Source of the DNA: a virus
Lineage: Duplodnaviria; Heunggongvirae; Uroviricota; Caudoviricetes
Virus record (IMG/VR): IMGVR_UViG_2563366920_000004
DNA length: 40,422 bases
Direction: 5' to 3' (one strand)
Part shown: positions 1-8,597 of the stretch, one piece after another
How the letters are laid out: every line of letters starts with the position of its first letter
Position numbering within the stretch: the first letter of the stretch is position 1
The notes under the pieces: generated by a model
What the model saw: only the letters and a program-made list of their open reading frames with translations
Told to the model about the DNA's origin: nothing
Database searches by the model: none
Made by a program: the position numbers and the translations under genes

Positions 1-174
1 ATGCGAAAACGACACCGATTTAACAGTCGCATGACCCGTATCGTACTGCTCATCAGCTTTATCTTCTTCTTTGGCCGTTTTATCTACTCGTCCGTCGGTG
101 CCTGGCAGCACCATCAGAGCAAAAAAGAAGCTCAGCAATCCACACTCTCCGTCGAATCACCGGTACAACGTTAG
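1..174 (+). CDS. small membrane protein (57 aa), below the ORF-track size cutoff
   Basis: ATG at window position 1, open frame to TAG at 172-174; basic N-terminus followed by one hydrophobic helix (IVLLISFIFFFGRFIY). No RBS visible because the upstream region is outside the window. Confidence 0.3.
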   Translation: MRKRHRFNSRMTRIVLLISFIFFFGRFIYSSVGAWQHHQSKKEAQQSTLSVESPVQR

Positions 175-484
175 CGGTTACCTTCTCCACTCTCACAGAA
201 CATAACGGCACCTCGCTGTCGGATGCTTTTGCTCTTTGAAATTATCAAAGCGGCAGATATTCTTTCATCTTAAATTTTACGTCTTTGTTCTGACTGAAAT
301 TCATCCTGTTCGGCTGCGAAATAAATACATCATTAATACATATGTTGTGATGATGTATTTTTATAAATTATTTCCCACATGAATTTTAATAAATTTAATC
401 TATTCCTTTATACGCAATACATTTACTTTCCTCTTTTGATGATCTTAAATGTCTTATTTTTCGTAATGTGTATAACAAGGAATA

Positions 485-1003
485 GTGATGAAATTTAAAA
501 AATGTCTTCTGCCCGTGGCAATGTTAGCGTCATTCACTCTGGCAGGATGCCAGTCAAATGCTGATGATCATGCCGCCGATGTTTATCAAACCGATCAACT
601 GAATACCAAACAAGAAACTAAAACCGTTAATATTATTTCCATTCTTCCCGCAAAAGTTGCCGTAGACAACGCCCAAAATAAACGGAACGCACAAGCCTTC
701 GGCGCGCTTATTGGCGCTGTCGCTGGCGGTGTTATCGGCCACAACGTCGGGTCTGGCAGCAATTCCGGAACGACGGCAGGTGCAGTTGGCGGCGGAGCTG
801 TAGGCGCGGCAGCGGGTTCTATGGTGAATGATAAAACCTTAGTGGAAGGTGTTTCTTTAACATATAAGGAAGGCACCAAAGTGTATACCTCCACCCAGGT
901 GGGTAAAGAGTGCCAGTTTACGACAGGTTTAGCCGTTGTTATTACCACGACGTATAACGAAACGCGTATTCAGCCAAATACCAAATGTCCTGAAAAGAGC
1001 TAA
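485..1003 (+). CDS. lipoprotein with glycine-zipper domain (YcfJ/SlyB-like outer-membrane lipoprotein family)
   Basis: Signal peptide ending in lipobox LAGC; Gly/Ala-rich stretch GALIGAVAGGVIGHNVG...GAVGGGAVGAAAG typical of glycine-zipper lipoproteins; AAGGAA RBS before ATG; AT-rich upstream region. Confidence 0.6.
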   Translation: MMKFKKCLLPVAMLASFTLAGCQSNADDHAADVYQTDQLNTKQETKTVNIISILPAKVAVDNAQNKRNAQAFGALIGAVAGGVIGHNVGSGSNSGTTAGAVGGGAVGAAAGSMVNDKTLVEGVSLTYKEGTKVYTSTQVGKECQFTTGLAVVITTTYNETRIQPNTKCPEKS

Positions 1004-1018
1004 TAATCAGGAGGAGTC

Positions 1019-1558
1019 ATGAAGAAAGTTTTTCTTTGCGCCATCTTAGCCTCCTTAAGCTATCCGGCTATCGCCTCATCATTGCAGGATCAACTCTCGG
1101 CTGTCGCAGAAGCGGAACAGCAAGGTAAAAATGAAGAGCAAAGGCAGCATGACGAATGGGTCGCGGAGCGCAACAGGGAAATCCAGCAAGAGAAGCAACG
1201 TCGCGCAAACGCCCAGGCCGCGGCTAATAAAAGAGCGGCAACGGCAGCAGCGAATAAGAAAGCTCGTCAGGATAAACTGGACGCCGAAGCCACTGCGGAC
1301 AAAAAACGCGATCAAAGTTATGAAGATGAGCTACGTAGCTTAGAGATTCAGAAACAAAAACTGGCGCTGGCGAAAGAAGAAGCCCGCGTTAAGCGCGAAA
1401 ACGAATTTATCGATCAGGAACTGAAGCACAAAGCTGCGCAAACCGATGTGGTGCAATCTGAAGCTGACGCAAACAGAAATATGACTGAAGGCGGTCGCGA
1501 TCTGATGAAAAGCGTGGGTAAAGCAGAAGAGAATAAATCAGATAGCTGGTTTAACTAA
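1019..1558 (+). CDS. secreted, highly charged coiled-coil protein of unknown function
   Basis: Sec-type signal peptide (MKKVFLCAILASLSYPAIASS); remainder rich in K/E/Q/A/R; AGGAGG RBS 6 nt upstream; starts 16 bp after the preceding gene (operon-like). Confidence 0.5.
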   Translation: MKKVFLCAILASLSYPAIASSLQDQLSAVAEAEQQGKNEEQRQHDEWVAERNREIQQEKQRRANAQAAANKRAATAAANKKARQDKLDAEATADKKRDQSYEDELRSLEIQKQKLALAKEEARVKRENEFIDQELKHKAAQTDVVQSEADANRNMTEGGRDLMKSVGKAEENKSDSWFN

Positions 1559-1596
1559 ACGATGTTAGTAACTTCAAACCTATAATTCTTTAGGAT

Positions 1597-1630
1597 AAAA
1601 AACCCTCTGTAGTAACAGAGGGTTTTGTTC
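1597..1630. terminator. bidirectional intrinsic terminator between convergent genes
   Basis: AACCCTCTGT-AGTA-ACAGAGGGTT hairpin flanked by an A-run upstream and T-run downstream; lies between the 1019..1558 (+) and 1776..2258 (-) gene ends. Confidence 0.6.
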
Positions 1631-1775
1631 ATTCATAGTGCAGGGTCAAATCATTCCCACTCAATTATTTACGACAATCATAACCAATTGAGTGATAACA
1701 TTTTTCCAAAGTTCAACTTTTCCCGTACCGTTTTATATACCGTCACCGGAAATCAGTGCCATGAAAAATACCATG

Positions 1776-2258
1776 CTATCTGGTCAGGGTGTCGTACTGT
1801 TTTTCGCAGACTCTTCCGGCTTCGGCTGCCCGGTCAGCATACTCTGCCAGTTGTCTGTTTCTCTCGAGAGATTTGCTGAGCACGTCGGCAAGCAAAACTC
1901 CGGTGTCTGCGGCTGACGACCCAGCGCCGACAATGGCGTTATACTGCCTGAGCTGCTCACGGATGGCAACGAGCTGTTGCTGCAACCTACCAGCGCGAGC
2001 GGCAGCATCAAGAGCATCGCTGCGCGCCTGATCGATCCTCTGCTGCGCTTCACGTTCATTGGTCGCTTTCTCCTGTTCGTAGTACTGACGAACTTTTTCT
2101 TCTTCGGCTTTGCGGTCTTCTTCCGCCTGCGCATACCCGGCATCGTACTGGCGACTGCCGTGTGCATTCCAGGCTACAACTCCTGATATGACCAGAACAG
2201 CAAGCATCGCCATGATAACCAACTGTTTCCAGTATGCTTTTGCGAATGCCCAGATCAT
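1776..2258 (-). CDS. Rz-like i-spanin (inner-membrane spanin subunit)
   Basis: N-terminal transmembrane helix then coiled-coil Q/E/R/A-rich periplasmic domain; start overlaps endolysin stop by 4 nt; last gene of the lysis cassette. Confidence 0.6.
   Translation of the reverse strand: MIWAFAKAYWKQLVIMAMLAVLVISGVVAWNAHGSRQYDAGYAQAEEDRKAEEEKVRQYYEQEKATNEREAQQRIDQARSDALDAAARAGRLQQQLVAIREQLRQYNAIVGAGSSAADTGVLLADVLSKSLERNRQLAEYADRAAEAGRVCEKQYDTLTR
1784..2059 (-). CDS. Rz1-like o-spanin lipoprotein embedded out of frame within Rz
   Basis: Alternate frame inside the Rz gene encodes a signal peptide with lipobox ([16 protein letters not shown]) followed by a Pro-rich short protein; start taken at internal Met-37 of the track ORF 1784..2167 (Met-51 at 2017 is an alternative). 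Confidence 0.5.
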   Translation of the reverse strand: MNVKRSRGSIRRAAMLLMLPLALVGCSNSSLPSVSSSGSITPLSALGRQPQTPEFCLPTCSANLSRETDNWQSMLTGQPKPEESAKNSTTP

Positions 2259-2884
2259 ACCGCCAGCACCTTACTGGCAGTGATGTATCGCGCGCGCCGG
2301 TCATCAATGCCGTTCCGGCCACCATTGATAAGCAGAGTTACACGTGCAATATCTCCGGTATACTTCATGCAGCCTTTGCTGGCGAAGAACCACGCCGCGC
2401 TACGAGCCGCATATTCGTCCTGCGCCAGCAGTTCAGGATTCTCCAGCAGGTCAACCTTCAGACCGTTTCCGCAATCACGATAGTTATTCAAACCGGTAAT
2501 CTGGATAAGTCCGCGCCCTCGGTAATTCCAGCCATCACCAGGGGCATTGTTCCCCATGCGTTTGCTGTACACCAGATTGGCAATCGCTCTCTGGCGCTCA
2601 GGTGGCAATGGTGGTTCGCCTGCGCGTCGCCCCAATGCGTTGGCCTGTCCCTGAGTGAGACGCCCAGCCCGAACAAAGTTAGCCAGTCCGCTGACGCTGT
2701 AGTTGAAATTCTCCTGCAACCGGGTGAAGCCTCCAGACTCATGCCCGACCTGAGCAATAAACATAGCCTGATCTTCTGGTTTGCTGATACCAAACTCTTT
2801 CATCGCAGAAGTTATATGCGAGAACCAGCGTGCGGCCAGTGCCTCGCTGATACCAGCAGCTCGCTGGAATTGTTTAATCTCCAT
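2255..2884 (-). CDS. endolysin, glycoside hydrolase family 19 (chitinase-like lysozyme)
   Basis: Start set at internal Met (MEIKQFQ...) of track ORF 2255..3049; motifs [10 protein letters not shown] and [12 protein letters not shown] typical of GH19 phage endolysins; overlaps the upstream holin-like gene. Confidence 0.85.
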   Translation of the reverse strand: MEIKQFQRAAGISEALAARWFSHITSAMKEFGISKPEDQAMFIAQVGHESGGFTRLQENFNYSVSGLANFVRAGRLTQGQANALGRRAGEPPLPPERQRAIANLVYSKRMGNNAPGDGWNYRGRGLIQITGLNNYRDCGNGLKVDLLENPELLAQDEYAARSAAWFFASKGCMKYTGDIARVTLLINGGRNGIDDRRARYITASKVLAV

Positions 2885-3182
2885 GTTTAGACCTCGATAC
2901 TTTGAAAATTTGAACGACGTTACCGCGCGTTTTAATAACCGCAGCAAGCATGACAGCGTTGATAATGACCTCGGATAAATCCACAGCCATTGGCGTACGT
3001 AACCAGATTGCATAGGCGACTCGAACAGGAATACTGGCCGCAGCAACAATCAGGAAATAAGCAAGCCATCCTCCCCACCTTCGGTGTTGAGAGCCGTTAC
3101 GCCGGAATGTGACAACGCGAATTGCTATGCCAGTGCAAATAACTGCATTGGTGATAAGCAAAAAAAACTCATGCGTTACCAT
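2874..3182 (-). CDS. holin/antiholin-like small membrane protein
   Basis: 102 aa with 2-3 hydrophobic helices and charged C-terminus; located between a holin-like gene and the endolysin, overlapping both. Confidence 0.5.
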   Translation of the reverse strand: MVTHEFFLLITNAVICTGIAIRVVTFRRNGSQHRRWGGWLAYFLIVAAASIPVRVAYAIWLRTPMAVDLSEVIINAVMLAAVIKTRGNVVQIFKVSRSKHGD

Positions 3183-3573
3183 CGTCTTTTCTCCCCGGAA
3201 TTAACTCGCGTGGATTATCGGAACGGTGATAGAGCCATATACCAATACGCACAGCGACAATTGCTGACACGAATGCGCCTGCAGAGAAAACAATCCCTTT
3301 TTCAAAAGAGTCCTGCGTGATGGTAGGGATCAGGCTAGCTATGCCGATAAGAATTGATGCTGCTGGTTTGTAAAAGAGAAGGCCGCAAAGAAAGCTGAGC
3401 ATCGACAGGAGCACCCGGCGACGGATGGGGTACTCTACTGCAGAGGTAACAAAAATCACCGCCCCAGCCAAAGCCCCTAAAGCAACCTCCGGAGGGACAC
3501 CTGCAATAACCGCAGCAAGAGAACCAAAACTAAGCAACTGATTTAATTGCTCACTTGTTACTTGAGCAGACAT
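3169..3573 (-). CDS. holin-like membrane protein
   Basis: 134 aa, several hydrophobic helices, charged C-terminal tail; AGGAG RBS 6 nt upstream; first gene of lysis cassette. Confidence 0.55.
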   Translation of the reverse strand: MSAQVTSEQLNQLLSFGSLAAVIAGVPPEVALGALAGAVIFVTSAVEYPIRRRVLLSMLSFLCGLLFYKPAASILIGIASLIPTITQDSFEKGIVFSAGAFVSAIVAVRIGIWLYHRSDNPRELIPGRKDDGNA

Positions 3574-3879
3574 ACTTTCTCCTGTTTACTATCTATAAGC
3601 CAGTCAATTATTGATGACTAAACCCGCATAGTAAACCATATATGAATCATTATTGTTCCATATCATATATCTCAATAAAAGTACTAATGATTTTACAGAA
3701 CGAGCCAGCAGAGTGGGGGCAGTTGTACAGGAACCATAGACTTAATTTTGTATTTAATAATGCTATGGTGTAATAAACCTGAACATGTATTTAAAATACG
3801 TACTGATTCATGATAGAATTCAAAGATAACTTTTCACCAACTCCGTTTTTGATACCCGCAAAATATTGCGGGCTTTTTT

Positions 3880-6800
3880 TTAACGTTCTTCCAGAGACTG
3901 AATCCGCTCTTTTATCTTATCCATTTCTCTGCGCTGCCATGCTGCCTCGATATAGAATAAGAGATCAGGTCTGACCCCCCATCTAGATCCTGCTGGCGTT
4001 ATTTCAACGCGCTCAATGATGTCTTCCATTACCATCACTGGATTATCATCCTCATCAACAATGATGCTCCCGTCATTATCAGTCAGCGGAATTTCCCTTT
4101 GGCCAGTAATGACGTCATCATATACTGCGGGATAATCGTCATAGCAAAGAAAGGCATAGCGGCATGTTGTGCTTTCTTCTTCCATGAGTCCGTGAGAAAT
4201 AAGAACATCACGAAGTTGCTGCGCGATTACACCATGATGTATCCTCGCCCCTTCTTCTCCCTTTATAGCGACAGCGTTCAGCCATTTATAAGCGATATAC
4301 CTGACGTCACCCCAGGCATCCAGCAATGCTTCGTCAGGAGAGACCGGCTCTGTCTTTAATGTTCCGTCACTGGTAACCACAGGATTGGAGCCAAGATAAA
4401 CTGTCGAGAACCTGTTTCCCGGACCACCAAGAGCATTTACATTATCAAGATAAGGTTTAACATCTCCGTTCTCAAAAAGATGTTCGAGTGCGTTATATAC
4501 CGCGCGACGTGGAGTACTGCTTCTGGAACCATGCAACGTTATCATTGCACCATCTGCTGAAGACGTTGTTTCACCGCCGCTAACGATTAATCTCTGAGCG
4601 GTAACATCATCAGACGGTACTTTCTTCGCAATAATGGCGTAATTACCCTCAAGTTTGACTTCCGCGCGAACTTGTCCTGATGTACCTGCATGGACAGTCA
4701 GTGACTGGACGGCAACATCATCTGTGAAATCAACGGGTACAGGAACCGTCCTCACGCCTGACGTCGACATAAAAGTAGGAAGCGTTCTGTTAGGAGTGGC
4801 TCCGTAGACAAAATCCCTTGAAACAAATTCTTCCTGTTTAATTTTCACCCTGAAACAATACAAATCAGCCGGGTGACCATCGTGAACATAAGGATATTTT
4901 CTGTTGTTATCCCCTATGCTCCATGGGTTTAGAAAGTCTTCCCCACCGAAAATGTAGTACAGCCAGTTGTCTTTGATACAAACTGAACCAACACCAACCG
5001 CAGAGTTAACTATTCCGCCCTGATAAATCTGATCAGTAACATTAACCCACTCTACATTATCCAGACTCCACTCATTGACGTTAACTCTGGTCATAAATGT
5101 TCTTGGATAGTTTCCTGCATAACGGTTATCAGGTTCTCCTCCTTCCCACTCACCAAATGCGCGCTCACTGCCAAAAATAATCAGCTCATCGCCAACTTTG
5201 GCAAAAGGAAGGTTTGAGTGATGAACATTATTTGGGAAGCGAAGAGAATTCCATGATGTACCTAAATCAGAGCTTCTGTGCAATGAACTACCGGGTTGAG
5301 TACTTAATGTCCCCCTGGTCGTCAGATACAGAATGCCATCATAATATTTTACACATGGCTCAGATGCATTCGCCTCATATTCTGCAGGTATGCGTCTGCG
5401 AACAAAGCTACCAGGAGAACCGAAAGCATCAGAGAAATAGAGTATCCCAAGCTCGCGTGGACCAATATCACCATTATGGTAGCCAACAGCAAAACTGTTA
5501 TCGCTAATCGTCGCAAAACTGTGAATCTCAGTAACAGGAGTGCTTCCGTCAACAAAAGAAGGAATAGTTCCAAGACTGGTTTTTCTCCATGGTGACGAGT
5601 GAAATGATGTACCAAAACTCCAGTATCTACCCTCGTTATTCTGATCCACATCCTGGGTATTTTGCGTCGTAACTGTAAAAGTATTTTTATCAATAACAGT
5701 AGTCACCGTCATATTCCCGGTAACACCTGTAACACCAGAGTTTGAGAAGTTGACAAAATCACCAGCAAATAATCCGTGATCAGTAATGCGAATATAAGCG
5801 ACTTGCTGATTTGCTGCTTTCGTTATACCACCATAAACGCGAAGGCTGCGACTCATTGGGCGATCCCACAACTCTGCAACCTGCAGTTTATTTCCGCTCA
5901 CGGTCCGCGTCTCAATTACAGCAAAAAGGCGATTTCTGACAACCCCCATACTCATGCAGTGATAGTTAACTGTGGGATAGTTTTCATGTAAATCTGTAAG
6001 CCATTCCGGCGTTGTCCAGGTCTTCCCGTCATCTCCTGAGCGAACCCATGCAACATGGAGGTTATTTACACCATGGCGGTCTCCAGCCATAAAAGGCGCA
6101 TAGATGACATTGTCATATACAAACGTTTTATCCTGCGTCCAGGCGTTGTACCACGGTGTATCTGTAATTTTAAATAACTCTCCCTGGATAAAATCTTCAG
6201 AAGCATAAAAAAGAGGCTGACCCGGTATTCTCTCAAATAAAAAACGAGCATTTTTAAATCGGCTGACATCCGGAAGAGTTGATACTTTAAAAGTAAGCCC
6301 TAATCCGTCAATTTTATAACCTGGAGATGAGGCTTCAAGGCACGCGCTTATTGCAGTGGAATCGTCATTTATACCATCACCAACAGCTCCAAAATCTTTG
6401 GGGCTAATAGCATCACGCATTTTATCCTGGAACGTTCGGTACACAGCCCCAGAACCATACTGAATAAACCAACCAAAACCACCAACAACCCCGGCGATTG
6501 CAGCATCGACATAATTACGCATTGAGCGATTATTTACAGCGTCCTGTTCAAGTGATGGATCTGCAAGGTTAGAAATTTTGTTTTGCTTTGCATCGTAATA
6601 TTTTGCAAGCAAAGATGGTTTCATCAATGCACGTCTGAACCACCCAAAACATTGCTGGATCAGCATCGTCAGGTAGTCAAAAGCATCTTCATGCACTTCG
6701 GGGAAAAATTTTCCCTGATTGCGAAGGTCTGTCTCCTGCACTACATCAAGCACACGATCTATCGTAATTCGCCATCCAGTAGCAAGCGGCGACGGAAGAA

Positions 6801-6999
6801 CCACAGAACCGCCACTATAAGTTCCCGCCCCAGTTACCGTATAACCGGTATCCAGTACTAGTTCTGTTACGTTACCGTTAAGGTCAGACACCTGAACAAC
6901 CAGGTCGGATTTTTTGAAAATACGGAAGGTATACGGAAATGATGTCGTAACGCCGTTACCAGTGTATTCGTTGTGGTCAACTTCGGTTGAGACCGTCAT
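3880..6999 (-). CDS. tailspike / tail fiber with T7 gp17-like N-terminal adaptor domain, sialidase-like Asp-box motifs and C-terminal intramolecular chaperone (S74-like) domain; putative endosialidase
   Basis: N-terminal ~120 aa follow the T7 tail-fiber N-domain pattern; two Asp-box-like motifs (RSGDDGKTW, SSDLGTSW); C-terminal ~150 aa resemble self-cleaving chaperone domains (TSDGTLK ... IHHGVIAQQL). Confidence 0.75.
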   Translation of the reverse strand: MTVSTEVDHNEYTGNGVTTSFPYTFRIFKKSDLVVQVSDLNGNVTELVLDTGYTVTGAGTYSGGSVVLPSPLATGWRITIDRVLDVVQETDLRNQGKFFPEVHEDAFDYLTMLIQQCFGWFRRALMKPSLLAKYYDAKQNKISNLADPSLEQDAVNNRSMRNYVDAAIAGVVGGFGWFIQYGSGAVYRTFQDKMRDAISPKDFGAVGDGINDDSTAISACLEASSPGYKIDGLGLTFKVSTLPDVSRFKNARFLFERIPGQPLFYASEDFIQGELFKITDTPWYNAWTQDKTFVYDNVIYAPFMAGDRHGVNNLHVAWVRSGDDGKTWTTPEWLTDLHENYPTVNYHCMSMGVVRNRLFAVIETRTVSGNKLQVAELWDRPMSRSLRVYGGITKAANQQVAYIRITDHGLFAGDFVNFSNSGVTGVTGNMTVTTVIDKNTFTVTTQNTQDVDQNNEGRYWSFGTSFHSSPWRKTSLGTIPSFVDGSTPVTEIHSFATISDNSFAVGYHNGDIGPRELGILYFSDAFGSPGSFVRRRIPAEYEANASEPCVKYYDGILYLTTRGTLSTQPGSSLHRSSDLGTSWNSLRFPNNVHHSNLPFAKVGDELIIFGSERAFGEWEGGEPDNRYAGNYPRTFMTRVNVNEWSLDNVEWVNVTDQIYQGGIVNSAVGVGSVCIKDNWLYYIFGGEDFLNPWSIGDNNRKYPYVHDGHPADLYCFRVKIKQEEFVSRDFVYGATPNRTLPTFMSTSGVRTVPVPVDFTDDVAVQSLTVHAGTSGQVRAEVKLEGNYAIIAKKVPSDDVTAQRLIVSGGETTSSADGAMITLHGSRSSTPRRAVYNALEHLFENGDVKPYLDNVNALGGPGNRFSTVYLGSNPVVTSDGTLKTEPVSPDEALLDAWGDVRYIAYKWLNAVAIKGEEGARIHHGVIAQQLRDVLISHGLMEEESTTCRYAFLCYDDYPAVYDDVITGQREIPLTDNDGSIIVDEDDNPVMVMEDIIERVEITPAGSRWGVRPDLLFYIEAAWQRREMDKIKERIQSLEER

Positions 7000-7102
7000 G
7001 TTAAATCTCCAGATAGTCGCAGCACCCGTTGCGCCGCATATCTGGTTATTCTATTACCTGAAAAACCACATATGGATAGAAAGACTGTGAATACGAATAG
7101 AT

Positions 7103-7119
7103 ATTACCTTTCGGGTAAT
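7103..7119. promoter_or_regulatory. operator-like palindrome ATTACC-TTTCG-GGTAAT
   Basis: Perfect TTACC-N5-GGTAA inverted repeat in the divergent region between the tailspike start and the SOS-box gene. Confidence 0.6.
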
Positions 7120-7155
7120 TTGCAAAACGTGCTGGATAGCAAACAAATTATTTGA

Positions 7156-7175
7156 TACTGTATAAATATACAGTT
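7156..7175. promoter_or_regulatory. LexA (SOS) box TACTGTATAAATATACAGTT
   Basis: CTGT-N8-ACAG core with an AT-rich spacer, close to the E. coli LexA consensus; about 20 bp upstream of the ATG at 7195. Confidence 0.7.
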
Positions 7176-7194
7176 ATTGCATGGAGAAGATAAG

Positions 7195-7452
7195 ATGCAG
7201 CAGTATCACTATCCACTGGAAGACGGATTTACCGAAAGGATTCACACGCCGGGAGGCGTCAGATCACTGGTGGAGGGATCGCACTTGATGAAATTACTCC
7301 GGGATCTCGATAAGGATGGATTTAATGTCGATGGCCCACTTGCCGAACTGACTGCACTGATTAACTACGTCACCAGCTCACAGATGTCTATGCAGGATCT
7401 GCAAACACATCTCGACTATTGTGCCGAACAATTACGAAAACAAACCACATAA
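7195..7452 (+). CDS. small antirepressor-like protein (paralog of the Bro-N antirepressor C-terminal domain)
   Basis: ATG at 7195 with GGAG RBS 8 nt upstream (track ORF begins at a TTG at 7177); C-terminus LMKLLRDLDKDGFNVDGPLAELTALINYVTSSQMSMQDLQTHLDY aligns with the C-terminus of 8598..9290. Confidence 0.65.
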   Translation: MQQYHYPLEDGFTERIHTPGGVRSLVEGSHLMKLLRDLDKDGFNVDGPLAELTALINYVTSSQMSMQDLQTHLDYCAEQLRKQTT

Positions 7453-7490
7453 AGAAAAGGCCGCTCTAGCGGCCTATCGTTTCGCTTTGT
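7451..7490. terminator. bidirectional intrinsic terminator
   Basis: GGCCGC-TCTA-GCGGCC hairpin with A-run upstream and T-rich tract downstream, between convergent genes 7195..7452 (+) and 7474..8202 (-). Confidence 0.55.
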
Positions 7491-8202
7491 GCTCGTCCCA
7501 GCACGTTTTGCACCATGCCATTAAGCCGTCCGCATTTTGATTATTAGGGTAAAAGCTAGTTCGTTTTCTGCGGACATTACAAATTGGGCACCACTTCATA
7601 TGGCGTGTATTCTTTGGGCCATCGAGACACCTTGCACACCACTTAGTCAATCCATCTGGATTTTTTGACGATTTCCTGAATTTTTCATATGGAAGGTTTA
7701 TTCTGCATCGCAAGCACTGCTTGCTACCACTTGAAACTCTGTTAGCTGATTCTTCTTTTGGCGGCGATACAGAAGGTATTCTTGCTGGCTCTGATACTGC
7801 CTGAGGTGCTTTTTTAGATGACTGAGACGATATGTCATCACCAGGGAATCTTCCATGATATGCCGGACGCGTTGACACTCCGGGTGGAAGCTCAGCTGTA
7901 AACGGCTTTGGCTGAATCAGTTGCCTCTCTTTTGCTAACTCCTGCTGTTTATAATATGTCTGGATTACCGCGCTATCATAAGCAGGAGGTACGGAAATAT
8001 TAGGCGCATTATCTCCCGTTTTTTGAAACTGAGTGGAGGTGTGTTCTATCACCTGTGTACGATTAATCGTTATCTCCCCATCTTCAGTCTTTATCGTTTT
8101 GTTATGATTAACGACCGTACGATCAGAGATCTTAGTCTTGTTCTGGTTGATAACGTAAATAATCACCGCAACCACACCAACAACTACCCAGAAAACTTCC
8201 AT
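7474..8202 (-). CDS. membrane-anchored protein with C-terminal tandem CxxC zinc-ribbon repeats, unknown function
   Basis: N-terminal transmembrane helix (VFWVVVGVVAVIIYVI), long Pro/Ser-rich linker, C-terminal duplicated motif C-x2-C ... DGL-x2-WC-x2-C; GAGGAAAGG RBS before ATG. Confidence 0.6.
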   Translation of the reverse strand: MEVFWVVVGVVAVIIYVINQNKTKISDRTVVNHNKTIKTEDGEITINRTQVIEHTSTQFQKTGDNAPNISVPPAYDSAVIQTYYKQQELAKERQLIQPKPFTAELPPGVSTRPAYHGRFPGDDISSQSSKKAPQAVSEPARIPSVSPPKEESANRVSSGSKQCLRCRINLPYEKFRKSSKNPDGLTKWCARCLDGPKNTRHMKWCPICNVRRKRTSFYPNNQNADGLMAWCKTCWDEHKAKR

Positions 8203-8222
8203 TGCCTTTCCTCACAATAACA

Positions 8223-8237
8223 TTACCTTAAAGGTAA
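8223..8237. promoter_or_regulatory. operator-like palindrome TTACC-TTAAA-GGTAA
   Basis: Perfect palindrome 21 bp upstream of the 7474..8202 start codon, in the divergent region shared with the Bro-N gene. Confidence 0.6.
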
Positions 8238-8315
8238 TATCTTGCTTTCAGGTGATCAAGCGTTAAACGCAATCAACCAAATACGGTTGATTTTAATATT
8301 TCTTCGCGTTTATCA

Positions 8316-8330
8316 TTACCTTTGCGGTAA
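8316..8330. promoter_or_regulatory. operator-like palindrome TTACC-TTTGC-GGTAA
   Basis: Second perfect copy in the same divergent region. Confidence 0.6.
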
Positions 8331-8424
8331 ATTTACATCGCACTCCTCTTGTGCCATAGTAATCGGGCACTGGCAAAATCCAGTGCCGGGATTGGTCTCC
8401 CGGATTACTACAGAGGCACATATG

Positions 8425-8443
8425 CCGCATAAGCGGTTTTTTT
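8425..8443 (+). terminator. intrinsic terminator-like hairpin plus T7 run inside the Bro-N gene leader
   Basis: CCGC-ATAA-GCGG followed by TTTTTTT; preceded by two further GC hairpins (about 8365-8403); lies about 155 bp upstream of the Bro-N start. Confidence 0.45.
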
Positions 8444-8597
8444 ATGTGTAAAGCGCACCTATTCTATGGTGGGCTGTGTGGGGGCACCGAAAGGTGCGCC
8501 GGGTTCCTTTGTAGCCGGTAAGACCAACTCTGCACAGTTCACCACCATCTGATTGGTCTCAGCGGTGGTGATTAACCTAACTACAAAGGTGATCGCC

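Noticed and set aside
3848-3876. Hairpin CCCGCAAAATATTGCGGG plus T8 immediately after the tailspike stop
   Set aside because: The T-run follows the hairpin only on the plus strand, so it is not a convincing terminator for the minus-strand tailspike gene; it may be a weak bidirectional element or an antisense terminator.
4099-6861. Several 60-115-aa ORFs on either strand inside the tailspike gene (for example 4099..4359, 5214..5507, 5349..5693, 6583..6861)
   Set aside because: They are nested in or antisense to a long, well-supported coding frame and are typical six-frame noise.
6878-6892. TTACC-GTTAA-GGTCA near the tailspike N-terminus
   Set aside because: It has one arm mismatch and lies inside coding sequence, unlike all other copies.
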